From an uncultured Alphaproteobacteria bacterium (GTDB lineage: Bacteria > Pseudomonadota > Alphaproteobacteria > Rhizobiales > Beijerinckiaceae), in NCBI GenBank assembly GCA_963809245.1, contig CAWEIU010000008.1, positions 45,611 to 109,610 of the forward strand: a stretch of DNA of 64,000 nucleotides, read 5' to 3'. Shown piece by piece: positions 1 to 8,241 of the stretch. The number at the start of each line of letters is the position of its first letter. Positions within the stretch are counted from its first letter, which is position 1. The translations under genes were made by a program, and so were the position numbers. A model generated the notes under the pieces. It was not told where the DNA came from and ran no database searches. It saw only the letters and a program-made list of their open reading frames with translations.

Positions 1-2061
1 AACACGCCCCGCAATGGCGCGCACGGTCTCGGCGTCCGGGCCGATGACGCGGAACTGCACGGGGAATCCGACAGGCGGACCGAAGTTGAAACGATCGACG
101 CGAACCCGGGCGGCGTTCAAGGCGCCGTTCGCGACCGCCGCCTCGATGCGGGCCTTCACGCGCTCGCGCGCTTCGACGTTCCTCGCGACGATGACGATCT
201 GCGCGAACGATTCGTTCGGCTGCACCGGTTGCAAGCCGAGCCAGAAGCGCGGCGAGCTCTTGCCGATGTAGGTCGTGTAGGAAGCGATGTCGGCGTCGCC
301 CTTGAGCAGGCCTTCGGCCTCGCTCGCGACTTTCTCAGTCGCCTGGATCGCGCTGCCCTCGGCGAGCCGCATTTCGAGGAAGAGTTCGGGCCGCTCGGAG
401 ATCGGGAAGAACTGCTGCTCAACCCTGCTGAACTGGGTGAGCCCGAGGCCGAGCAGCAGCGCGGCGGCGAGAACGATCACGAGCGGTCGCGCGACGCAGA
501 ATTCGAGCGCGCGGCGGAAGGCGCGGTAGAAGGCGGTCGAATAGATCGCGCTCTCGTCGCGCGAATGCGCGTTCAGCGTGGCGGGCAGCAGCTTGTAGCC
601 GAGGAAAGGCGTGAACAGCACCGCGACGAGCCACGAGGCGACGAGCGCGATGCCGACCACCCAGAAAATCCCGCCGGTGTATTCGCCGACGGTCGAATTG
701 GCGAGGCCGATCGGCAGGAAGCCGGCGGCGGTGACCAATGTGCCGGTCAGCATCGGGAAGGCGGTCGAGCTCCAGGCGAAGGAAGCGGCGCGCTCACGCT
801 CCCACCCCTGCTCGAGCTTCACGACGATCATCTCGACCGCGATGATTGCGTCGTCGACCAGGAGGCCGAGCGCGATGATGAGCGCGCCGAGCGTGACGCG
901 CTGCAGGTCGAGGCCGATGAAGGCCATGACTACGAAGACGATCGCAAGCACCAGCGGCACCGAGGTCGCAACCACGATGCCGGAACGCCATCCGAGGGCC
1001 AGAAAACTCACGCCGAGCACGATCGCCAGCGCTTCGAGGAACGAGCGGGTGAATTCGAACACCGCGGCGTCGACCACTTTCGGCTGGTCGGCGACGCGCC
1101 CGATCACGATCCCCTGCGGCAGATCGATCTCGAAGTCCGCGATCGCCGCATCCAGCCGCTTGCCGAGTGCGAGGATATTGCCGCCCTTCTGCATGACGAC
1201 GCCGATTTCGAGCGCCGGCTTGCCCTGCGCGCGCACGAGATAGGACGGCGGATCCTCGTAGCCGTGCGAGACGTCGGCGATGTCGCCGAGGCGGAATGTC
1301 TGCCCGTTGGCGAACACCGGCGTCTCGGCGACGGCGTCGACGCCTTGCAAGGCGCCGCTGACGCGCAACGGCACGCGCTGGGCGTCCGTCTGGAATTCAC
1401 CTGCCGGGGTCAGCGCGTTCTGCTTGGCGAGCGAATTGAACATCGCTTGCAGCGGAACGCCGAGGGTCGCGAGCTTGGCGGTGTTCGCCTCGACGAAGAT
1501 ACGCTCGGCCTGCTCGCCGTAGAGGTCGACCTTAGTGACATCGGTCACGCGCTGCAGGCGCTTGCGCAGCGCCTCGGCGACCTCCTTGAGCTGCGCGTAG
1601 GAGGCGCCGTCGCCGGTGATCGTATAGAGAACCGAATCGATGTCGCCGAGTTCGTCGTTGACCGTCGGCCCGTCGACGTCGGCGGGCAGATCGGGCTTCA
1701 GATCGCTCATCTTCTTGCGTAGCTCGAGGAACAGCATCGGCACGTCGCGCGGCGGCGTCGAATCGCGAAACTGGAACGAGATCGCCGTGAAGCTCGGCTT
1801 GGAATAGGTGTCGATCTTGTCGACCCAGGGCAGCTCCTGCAGCTTCTTCTCGATGCGGTCGGCGACCTGGTTCTGCATCTCCTCGGTCGTCGCGCCGGGC
1901 CAGACCGCGCTGACGATGGCGTTCTTGATCGTGAAGGGCGGATCCTCGGCGCGTCCGAGCCGCTGATAGGCGAGCGCGCCGCCGAGCCCGATGACGATTA
2001 TCAGGAAAGCGATCAACTGCGGATGGCGGATCGCCCAGAGCGACGGATTGAACTTGCTCAT
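1..2061 (-). CDS. RND (AcrB/HAE1-type) efflux permease, first 687 codons; 3' end lies outside the window
   Basis: Absent from the ORF track because there is no stop in the window. I checked all 687 minus-frame codons (plus triplets 1-3 ... 2059-2061) and found no TTA/CTA/TCA. The rc translation from ATG 2061 starts MSKFNPSLWAIRHPQLIAFLIIVIGLG (typical RND N-terminus/TM1) and ends ETVRAIAGRV at base 1. The ATG shares one base with the TGA stop of the upstream adaptor gene. Confidence 0.85.
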   Translation of the reverse strand, partial: MSKFNPSLWAIRHPQLIAFLIIVIGLGGALAYQRLGRAEDPPFTIKNAIVSAVWPGATTEEMQNQVADRIEKKLQELPWVDKIDTYSKPSFTAISFQFRDSTPPRDVPMLFLELRKKMSDLKPDLPADVDGPTVNDELGDIDSVLYTITGDGASYAQLKEVAEALRKRLQRVTDVTKVDLYGEQAERIFVEANTAKLATLGVPLQAMFNSLAKQNALTPAGEFQTDAQRVPLRVSGALQGVDAVAETPVFANGQTFRLGDIADVSHGYEDPPSYLVRAQGKPALEIGVVMQKGGNILALGKRLDAAIADFEIDLPQGIVIGRVADQPKVVDAAVFEFTRSFLEALAIVLGVSFLALGWRSGIVVATSVPLVLAIVFVVMAFIGLDLQRVTLGALIIALGLLVDDAIIAVEMIVVKLEQGWERERAASFAWSSTAFPMLTGTLVTAAGFLPIGLANSTVGEYTGGIFWVVGIALVASWLVAVLFTPFLGYKLLPATLNAHSRDESAIYSTAFYRAFRRALEFCVARPLVIVLAAALLLGLGLTQFSRVEQQFFPISERPELFLEMRLAEGSAIQATEKVASEAEGLLKGDADIASYTTYIGKSSPRFWLGLQPVQPNESFAQIVIVARNVEARERVKARIEAAVANGALNAARVRVDRFNFGPPVGFPVQFRVIGPDAETVRAIAGRV

Positions 2062-3140
2062 CACAGCCCCGCAAGGGTGTCGACGACGCGCACCTTTTCT
2101 TTTGCATCGAGCTTATGGACGCCGAGGGCGACGATCTCGGCCCCTTCGGCGACGCCGCCGGTTACGAAGGCGAATTCGGAATCGGTTCCGGCGACGCTGA
2201 CTGGCGTCTCGTTCAAGGCTCCGGTCGTGCGATCGACGGCGAAGACGCGTGGGCCGTCGCCGCGGTCGAACACGGCCCCGACCGGCACGCGCGCCACCGG
2301 CGCGGCGTCCTCCGACAAGACGACGGTGACACTCATGCCGAGCCGCGCGCTCTCCGGCGCGTCGATGAGGCTGAAGCGCACGGGGTACGTGCGCGTCGCC
2401 GGATCGGCGTTGGGCGAGAGCTCGCGCAGGCGCGCCGCGACCGAGACTCCCGGCAGGGCCCAGAACTCGACGCGCGCCGGATGGCTGCGCACGCGCTCCA
2501 GGAGATTTTCCGGCACGGAGACGGCCGCCTCGCGTTCCCCCGTGTGCGCAAGGCGAATGACCGGCGCGCCGGCGGCGACGACCTGGCCCGGCTCGGCCGA
2601 AACCAGGCTGACGGCGCCGTCGGCGTCGGCTGTCAGGGTCGTGTAGTCGAGCGCGTTGCGCGCCAGCGTGACCGCCCGATCCGCGCGGATGACGGCGTCG
2701 CGCGCCTGATCGGCGGCGGCGTGGGTGCGGTCGAATTCGGAATTCGCGGCCCAGCCCTGATGCGTCAGCGTCTCGATGCGGCGTTCCTCGGCCGCGGCCT
2801 GATCGAGCGCGGCTTGCGCCGAGCGGCGCTCGGCTTCCGCCTCTTCGAGCTGCAGGCGGAAGTCCGTCTCGTCGAGGCGCGCGAGCGGATCGCCGCGTTT
2901 GACCTCGGCGCCGGCGTCGACGAGGCGCTGCGCGATCTTGCCGGCGACGCGAAAGCCGAGATCGCTTTCGATGCGCGCCTTGACGACGCCCGGCAGCGCT
3001 TCCGCGCGCTCGCGCGGGGCATAGTGGATTTGCGCGACGAGCACGGGACGCGCCGGAGCGTCCTTGCTCGCCTGCTTGGGCGCGTCGCAGGCGGCGAGAC
3101 TGAGCGCGAGGAGCGCGGCGAGCAGGGGAAGCGATTTCAT
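2061..3140 (-). CDS. RND efflux periplasmic adaptor (membrane fusion protein, HlyD family) lipoprotein
   Basis: Lies inside ORF 2061..3707. ATG at 3140 gives MKSLPLLAALLALSLAAC (lipobox-like signal), then a coiled-coil hairpin (RLQLEEAEAERRSAQAALDQAAAEERR) and adaptor-like beta domains. ATGA overlap with the tetR stop (3137-3140). Confidence 0.85.
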   Translation of the reverse strand: MKSLPLLAALLALSLAACDAPKQASKDAPARPVLVAQIHYAPRERAEALPGVVKARIESDLGFRVAGKIAQRLVDAGAEVKRGDPLARLDETDFRLQLEEAEAERRSAQAALDQAAAEERRIETLTHQGWAANSEFDRTHAAADQARDAVIRADRAVTLARNALDYTTLTADADGAVSLVSAEPGQVVAAGAPVIRLAHTGEREAAVSVPENLLERVRSHPARVEFWALPGVSVAARLRELSPNADPATRTYPVRFSLIDAPESARLGMSVTVVLSEDAAPVARVPVGAVFDRGDGPRVFAVDRTTGALNETPVSVAGTDSEFAFVTGGVAEGAEIVALGVHKLDAKEKVRVVDTLAGL

Positions 3141-3766
3141 GACCGCGCCACCTCGTTGACAGAGGGGGGATGCCGGTTGGCGAGCGCGCGCAGCGCGAAA
3201 GCGATAATCTCTTCGGTGCGGACCGGCATCTCCGCCTCGGGGCACTGGGCGATCAGCGTCGGATGATAAATCGAGGCGCAGGCGAGCAGCGTCTGCATGC
3301 CGAGCAGCGCCGGATCTCCCGGACCAAACTCGCCCTTCGCCTGGCCTTCGGCGACGAGCGTCGCCGCCAGCGTGGCGCAGCCCTCGTGAAAGGTTTCGAT
3401 CGACGGCCATTTTTCCTGCAGCGCGACATCGACGATTTCGTGCACGCGCGACTGATTGGTCATCTGGTCGCGCATGCGCTGATGCAGCGTCGTCAGCATT
3501 GCGCGCAGGCGTTCGGACGCCGCGCCGGGACTGGCGGCGGCCGCTTGCGCCGCCTTGATCAGGTCGCCGAGTTGGTTGGTGCAGACAGCCTCCGCCAGCG
3601 CCTGCTTGGAGGGGAAGAAGCGATAGACGTTGGCGCTCGACATGCCGAGCCGCTCCGCGATGTCGGCGATCGTCGTGCGCGACCCGAGTTCTCGAAAGAG
3701 ATCCCACGCGACAGCCAGGATCTCGCTGCGGGTTTCCTCACGCGTTCGGCGGCCAGGGACGTTCAT
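3137..3766 (-). CDS. TetR/AcrR family transcriptional regulator
   Basis: ORF 3137..3766. N-terminal HTH: EILAVAWDLFRELGSRTTIADIAERLGMSSANVYRFFPSKQAL. First gene of the tetR-MFP-RND operon. Confidence 0.85.
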   Translation of the reverse strand: MNVPGRRTREETRSEILAVAWDLFRELGSRTTIADIAERLGMSSANVYRFFPSKQALAEAVCTNQLGDLIKAAQAAAASPGAASERLRAMLTTLHQRMRDQMTNQSRVHEIVDVALQEKWPSIETFHEGCATLAATLVAEGQAKGEFGPGDPALLGMQTLLACASIYHPTLIAQCPEAEMPVRTEEIIAFALRALANRHPPSVNEVARS

Positions 3767-3963
3767 GGGATGCCTGACGAGTGAATGCTGTCGACTGATG
3801 ATTTTTGATTTTTATCACTCAACACTCGCAACGTCAAGTGACGGCGATCGCGCATCGACCGGCGCGCGCTTAAAACATTTTGCTTTTCGGTTGACGCAGC
3901 CCTGCAGTCATCCTCGCGAAAGCGGGGCAGGGACGAGGCGCGAAAGCGGTCAGACGCGCTTTC

Positions 3964-4726
3964 TCACCATCCGTTGAGGATGAAGACGCGGCACCAGCGA
4001 CCGATCGCGAGGGCGGCGGCGTAGGCGAATCCGTCCGCCCCGCCGAAGACGTGGCGGCGGATGATGTAATATTTGAAGAACTGAAACGGCAGTTCGACGA
4101 ATGCGCGCAATGGCAAGCGCACGCGGCGCGCCTTGCGCTCCTTCTTCTGCAATTCGTAGTAGCCGATCGTCTTGGTGACGATATGGGCGAAGTCGCGATA
4201 ACTCTTGTGCAGCACTTCACAGCGAAGGTCGACGACGTCGGCGGTCGGGGGCACCTCGTCATGCGCCAAGGATTCGGCGAAGCGCGTCGTGCAGCGATTG
4301 TAGAAGCGCACATAGGTGTGGAAATGCGCGAACGGCGCCGGCGTCTGGCGGCGCGGATAGACGATCCGCACCCGCATCCGAAACGACCGGTTGGGCGGCG
4401 GCGGGCTCGCTGACAGCAGCGCCTTGAGCTCCGCCCGAAGGCCCTCGGAAAGCCATTCGTCGGCGTCGAGGTTGAGGATCCAGTCGTGTCGCGCCTGGTC
4501 CTCGGCGAAACGCTTCTGCGGTCCGTAGCCTCGCCAGGGATTGTGAATCACCTTGGCCCCGAGGCGCTCAGCCAGCGCGACCGTTCCGTCGCTCGAGCCC
4601 GAAATCGACCACCAGGACCTCGTCCGCGATCCCCTCCACCGATCGGATCGTACGCTCGATCCGATCGACTTCGTTCAGAGTGATGATCGTGCAGGTGACG
4701 CGGGGAAGAGAGTCTCCATTCCGCAA
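3964..4726 (-). pseudogene. Family-2 glycosyltransferase (WaaE/KdtX-like) interrupted by a +1 frameshift
   Basis: N-terminal frame from TTG 4726 (AGGAA 8 nt upstream) reads RNGDSLPRVTCTIITLNEVDRIERTIRSVEGIADEVLVVDFG, then hits TGA at 4568-4570. The next frame reads GSSDGTVALAERLGAKVIHNPWRGYGPQKR...DADEW... to the stop at 3964 (ORF 3964..4551). Removing one base of the A-run 4602-4604 restores the canonical VVDSGSSDGT motif. Total length 763 nt = 3n+1. Confidence 0.7.
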
Positions 4727-4958
4727 AGGGAGTTCCTAGTCTGGTTGGTCCGTCCGGGAGAGCAGACCTCGCGATCTTGCCCGGCAGGCGTTCCGTGTCT
4801 CGGACGAGTTCCTGCGCCCTAACCATTCGGCTCGCGCAATTGTGTCGGCGCCCCAGGCGAATTTCTTGCCCGCCCGTGGCGCGATGTCAACGGCGCCCGC
4901 CGGCGATTCCGCCGCCGCGACAGCGCCGCGATGCGCCCTCCGGCCGCCGCCGCTCAGC

Positions 4959-6776
4959 TTACGCGATGACCTCCTGCGCGCCGATCACATCCGGGTCGAA
5001 CTGAGTTTGGTGCAACTGGAAGTAGACGCCGCGCTTTGCCATCAACGCGTCGTGCCGGCCGGTCTCCTTCACCAAGCCGCCCTCGATCACGCAAATCTGG
5101 TCGGCGTTGACGATCGTGCTGAGACGATGGGCGATCACCACCGTGGTGCGGCCGGCGCAGAGCGTTCTCAGGGCGTCCTGCACCGCCCGTTCGGATTCCG
5201 AGTCGAGCGCGGAGGTCGCTTCGTCGAGCAGTATGATCGGAGCGTTTCTGAGGAAGGCGCGCGCGATGGCGATGCGCTGGCGCTGGCCTCCGGAGAGCTG
5301 CATGCCGTGCTCGCCGCAGGGGCTGTCATATCCGCGCTCGAAACTGAGGATGAAATCGTGGGCGTGGGCGGCCTTCGCCGCCGCGACGATCTCCTCCTGG
5401 CTCGCGCCGGGCCGGCCCAAACCGATGTTCTCGCCGATCGACCCTTTGAAGAGGAACGTCTCCTGGCTGACGTAGGCGATCTGGCGGCGCAGCGAGGCGC
5501 GCGTCGCCGCGCCGATCTCCTGCCCGTCGATCATGATCAAGCCGGAGTCGGGTTCGTAGAAGCGCAGGATCATGTTCATGGCCGTGGTCTTGCCGCCGCC
5601 CGAACGGCCGACGAGCGCCGTCGTCCGGCCAGGCTGGGCGACGAAGTCGAGGCCGCGCAGCACCGGCTCGCCCTTGCGATACGCGAACTCGACGTCGCGG
5701 AATTCGATGCGGCCCTCCTCGACCTGTAGCTCCGGCTCTTCGCCGCTCTCGCGCTCTTCACCCGGCTCGTCGAGAAAATCATAGAGGATGCTGACGCCGA
5801 TCAGACCGGCGGTGAGGTCGATATGCATACGCGCGATGCGCTTGGCCGGCTCGAAGGCCAGCAACAATGCGGTAATGAAGGCGAAGAAGCTGCCGGGCGC
5901 CTGCCCGCCCTCGATGACCTTGAGGCCGCCGTAGACGACGATGATCGCGATGGCGAAGCCGCCGAGCGATTCGGTGAGCGGGCTCGAACGGGCGCCGACC
6001 ATCGACACCCTGTTGGCCGCGCGCTCGAAGCTGGAGATGGCGGCGTTCTGACGCTGCGCCATATGCGGCTCGAGGGTGAACGCCTTGACGACGCGCATGC
6101 CCTGAACCGCCTCTTGCAACAATTCGAGGATGATGGTGAAGCCGTGAAACTCGTTGAGCATCACCTTTTTCACGCGCCCGCCGAGCCGGCGGATGCCGAC
6201 GACGACGCCGGGGGTCACGACCAGCGCCATCGACGACATCAGCGGGTCTTGCGCGACCATGACCCAGCCGAGGCCGATGAGCGTGAGCACGTCGCGCGAG
6301 AGCGAGGTGATGAGAAGGTTGAGCGTACTGCTCGCCGACTGCGAGATGAACGCCTGACGGGCTATGAACTCCGTGGAGTGGCGCGCATTGTAGAAGGCGA
6401 GGTTCATCGCCAGCATCTTGCGGAAGATGCGGCTTTGCACGTCGGCGACGATATTGTTGGCGACACGGGCCAGCACCACCGTCTGCGCGTAGGTGGAGAA
6501 GCCTTTGACCGTATAGATCGCCACGATGACGCCGCTGATCACCCAGACCGACGAGAGCTTCTTGGCGACGAAAATCTGGTTGATCACATCCTTGATGATC
6601 CACGCCGACATGGTCGTGGAGCCGGCGACGACGGCGGTGGCCGCCATGGCGAAGGCGTAACCTTTCCAATGCTTGGCGCCCTGGTCGGTGAGCAGGCGAA
6701 CGAGCAGCGCGAGCGGGCTGGCGCCGTCGGACGATTTGGCCCGAGACAGGCGAGAAAGGAATCCAGACAAGGGCAT
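4959..6776 (-). CDS. Fused TMD-NBD ABC exporter (type I exporter; MsbA/PglK/Wzk-like)
   Basis: ORF 4959..6776, 605 aa. Six-TM N-terminal half, Walker A GRSGGGKTT, signature LSGGQRQR, Walker B ILLDEATSALD. Confidence 0.85.
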   Translation of the reverse strand: MPLSGFLSRLSRAKSSDGASPLALLVRLLTDQGAKHWKGYAFAMAATAVVAGSTTMSAWIIKDVINQIFVAKKLSSVWVISGVIVAIYTVKGFSTYAQTVVLARVANNIVADVQSRIFRKMLAMNLAFYNARHSTEFIARQAFISQSASSTLNLLITSLSRDVLTLIGLGWVMVAQDPLMSSMALVVTPGVVVGIRRLGGRVKKVMLNEFHGFTIILELLQEAVQGMRVVKAFTLEPHMAQRQNAAISSFERAANRVSMVGARSSPLTESLGGFAIAIIVVYGGLKVIEGGQAPGSFFAFITALLLAFEPAKRIARMHIDLTAGLIGVSILYDFLDEPGEERESGEEPELQVEEGRIEFRDVEFAYRKGEPVLRGLDFVAQPGRTTALVGRSGGGKTTAMNMILRFYEPDSGLIMIDGQEIGAATRASLRRQIAYVSQETFLFKGSIGENIGLGRPGASQEEIVAAAKAAHAHDFILSFERGYDSPCGEHGMQLSGGQRQRIAIARAFLRNAPIILLDEATSALDSESERAVQDALRTLCAGRTTVVIAHRLSTIVNADQICVIEGGLVKETGRHDALMAKRGVYFQLHQTQFDPDVIGAQEVIA

Positions 6777-6961
6777 CAGGGCGCGTTCCGTCGCTCGAGA
6801 TCAGGACACATTCGGCGCCCTGCGTCGCAAACGACGTCGGAGACGCGCATAGGCCGGCCAGCCGCCACGGCGATCATGGGATTGCGATACGGCAAAACTG
6901 GCGCGGTGGCAATTCTGGGGCGCCGCCGGCGATTCGCTCCACAGTCGAAGGGCGGGCCACG

Positions 6962-8227
6962 TCAGATGCGTAACCCATTGATTTCTTGGATTTCATAGCC
7001 GGCCGTCTTGACCGCGATCGTGAGGACGCGTTCGACCGCGTGTTCGAGCGCCCCGTCGGTCCTGCCTCGGTCCGGCTCGAAGTCGCGGCTGAGGACGAGC
7101 TTGCGCAGCGGCGCGAGCGCTTTGGGGCGGACCCAGAACATCGTGCCGGCGAAGAAGTCCGGCTCGACGCGCGCGGGATCGATTCCCAGCCTTTCCAGCA
7201 GCCAGGCGACGCGTTCCCAATTCTTGCGCCAGTAGAAGTCGGCGATTTCGGCGCCGGCGACGCGGAAGGCCTCGGGGCCAAGCAATCCAAGCCCGGGCTC
7301 GCGCTCGAAGCGTTCGACCGCGGCGGCCATCGTTCCCTCGGCGCAGAGGAGGTCGAACAGGAGGCGGCGGCGCCAGATTTCGCCGTAGGGGTTGCGCTTC
7401 AGCCCATGCAACGACTTCTTGCCATGGATTTTGCAGACGCAATCGTAGGCGTCGAGCGCACCCTCCTCGAGCAGGAGAAGAAACGGCCGCACGTCACGTC
7501 CGCGGTTCTCGACGACGCGGATCGTCGCCGACGGAAAATCGGCGCGGATGGCCTCGACGAGAGCGTCCCTCTCGGGAACCGTGGTGACGATCAGATCGAA
7601 GGCGAGCGGCAGGCTCTTCAACACCGTGCGGATTTCCGGCCACAGGTCGGCGTAGAAGAGGTGCAGGACGACGGCGACTTTGGACTTCGTCCTGCGCGGC
7701 TCGCCGAAAAAGGGCGGCAGCGAAACCCCGCCCGGCTCCCAGCCGAGGAGCAACTCGGGGCGCTGGCGAATCGTCTCGCCCTCCAGCGGGGTGCCGAGTT
7801 TCTGCAGATAGCGGATCGCCGAAATGAGCACCCGTCTGAACCGCTTCGGCCCCAGGATGAAGATACGGAAATCGCCAAAATCGACGATGTTCTTCTTCCT
7901 CAGCCAGAGGCTGCGAAACCGGACCCACAGCGCCCCGAAGGCCGGCATCGGCTCGATCCGCGCCTCGGCGCAGGACAAGAACCCCGCCGCCACCGCCCGC
8001 TTCGGCGCCAGGATCAGCGTCACGTCATCAACATTGGGGACGTAGGCGATCGGCGAATCCCCCCGTTGGTCGCGCGCGGTGCGGGAGATGCGGAAGAAGT
8101 CCGCCGCCGCGTCGGGCCGGATGCGATAGGCGAGCCAGCGACGAAGGCGCGGCGCCAACTCGACGCCTTCAGGCGCGTCGGCTTCACCGCGTCGACCGTT
8201 GGTCTGTCTCGCCCCAGCTTCTTGCAC
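6962..8227 (-). CDS. Rhamnan synthesis protein F (RgpF) family glycosyltransferase
   Basis: Lies inside ORF 6962..8707. Core VAVVLHLFYADLWPEI...VENRGRDVRPFL...KIHGKKS...FFAGTMFWVRP...EHAVERV parallels the C-terminal domain of the neighbouring 887-aa protein. Start is uncertain: GTG 8227 (GAGGG 5 nt upstream, high GC3 continues upstream of the first ATG) or ATG 7948 (MPAFG). Confidence 0.7.
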   Translation of the reverse strand: MQEAGARQTNGRRGEADAPEGVELAPRLRRWLAYRIRPDAAADFFRISRTARDQRGDSPIAYVPNVDDVTLILAPKRAVAAGFLSCAEARIEPMPAFGALWVRFRSLWLRKKNIVDFGDFRIFILGPKRFRRVLISAIRYLQKLGTPLEGETIRQRPELLLGWEPGGVSLPPFFGEPRRTKSKVAVVLHLFYADLWPEIRTVLKSLPLAFDLIVTTVPERDALVEAIRADFPSATIRVVENRGRDVRPFLLLLEEGALDAYDCVCKIHGKKSLHGLKRNPYGEIWRRRLLFDLLCAEGTMAAAVERFEREPGLGLLGPEAFRVAGAEIADFYWRKNWERVAWLLERLGIDPARVEPDFFAGTMFWVRPKALAPLRKLVLSRDFEPDRGRTDGALEHAVERVLTIAVKTAGYEIQEINGLRI

Positions 8228-8241
8228 ACCCGCCCTCAAGA

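Noticed and set aside
229-1722. 497-aa plus-strand ORF, and similar long ORFs such as 5823..6998, 6986..8245, 13297..15036, 18173..19660, 26253..27719, 27819..29450 and 56997..58565 on the plus strand, and 26200..27642, 42658..44670, 44568..47324 and 50237..52078 on the minus strand
   Set aside because: Their translations are Arg/Ala/Gly/Asp-rich low-complexity sequences with no recognisable motifs. Each lies antisense to, or out of frame with, a gene that has clear family signatures. These are classic shadow ORFs of high-GC DNA.
3767-3963. TetR operator: direct repeat GATTTTTGATTTTT and partial palindrome CACTCAAC...GTCAAGTG upstream of tetR
   Set aside because: The symmetry is weak (many mismatches when I aligned the reverse complement). 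It is plausible as an AT-rich promoter region, but I cannot support a specific operator call.
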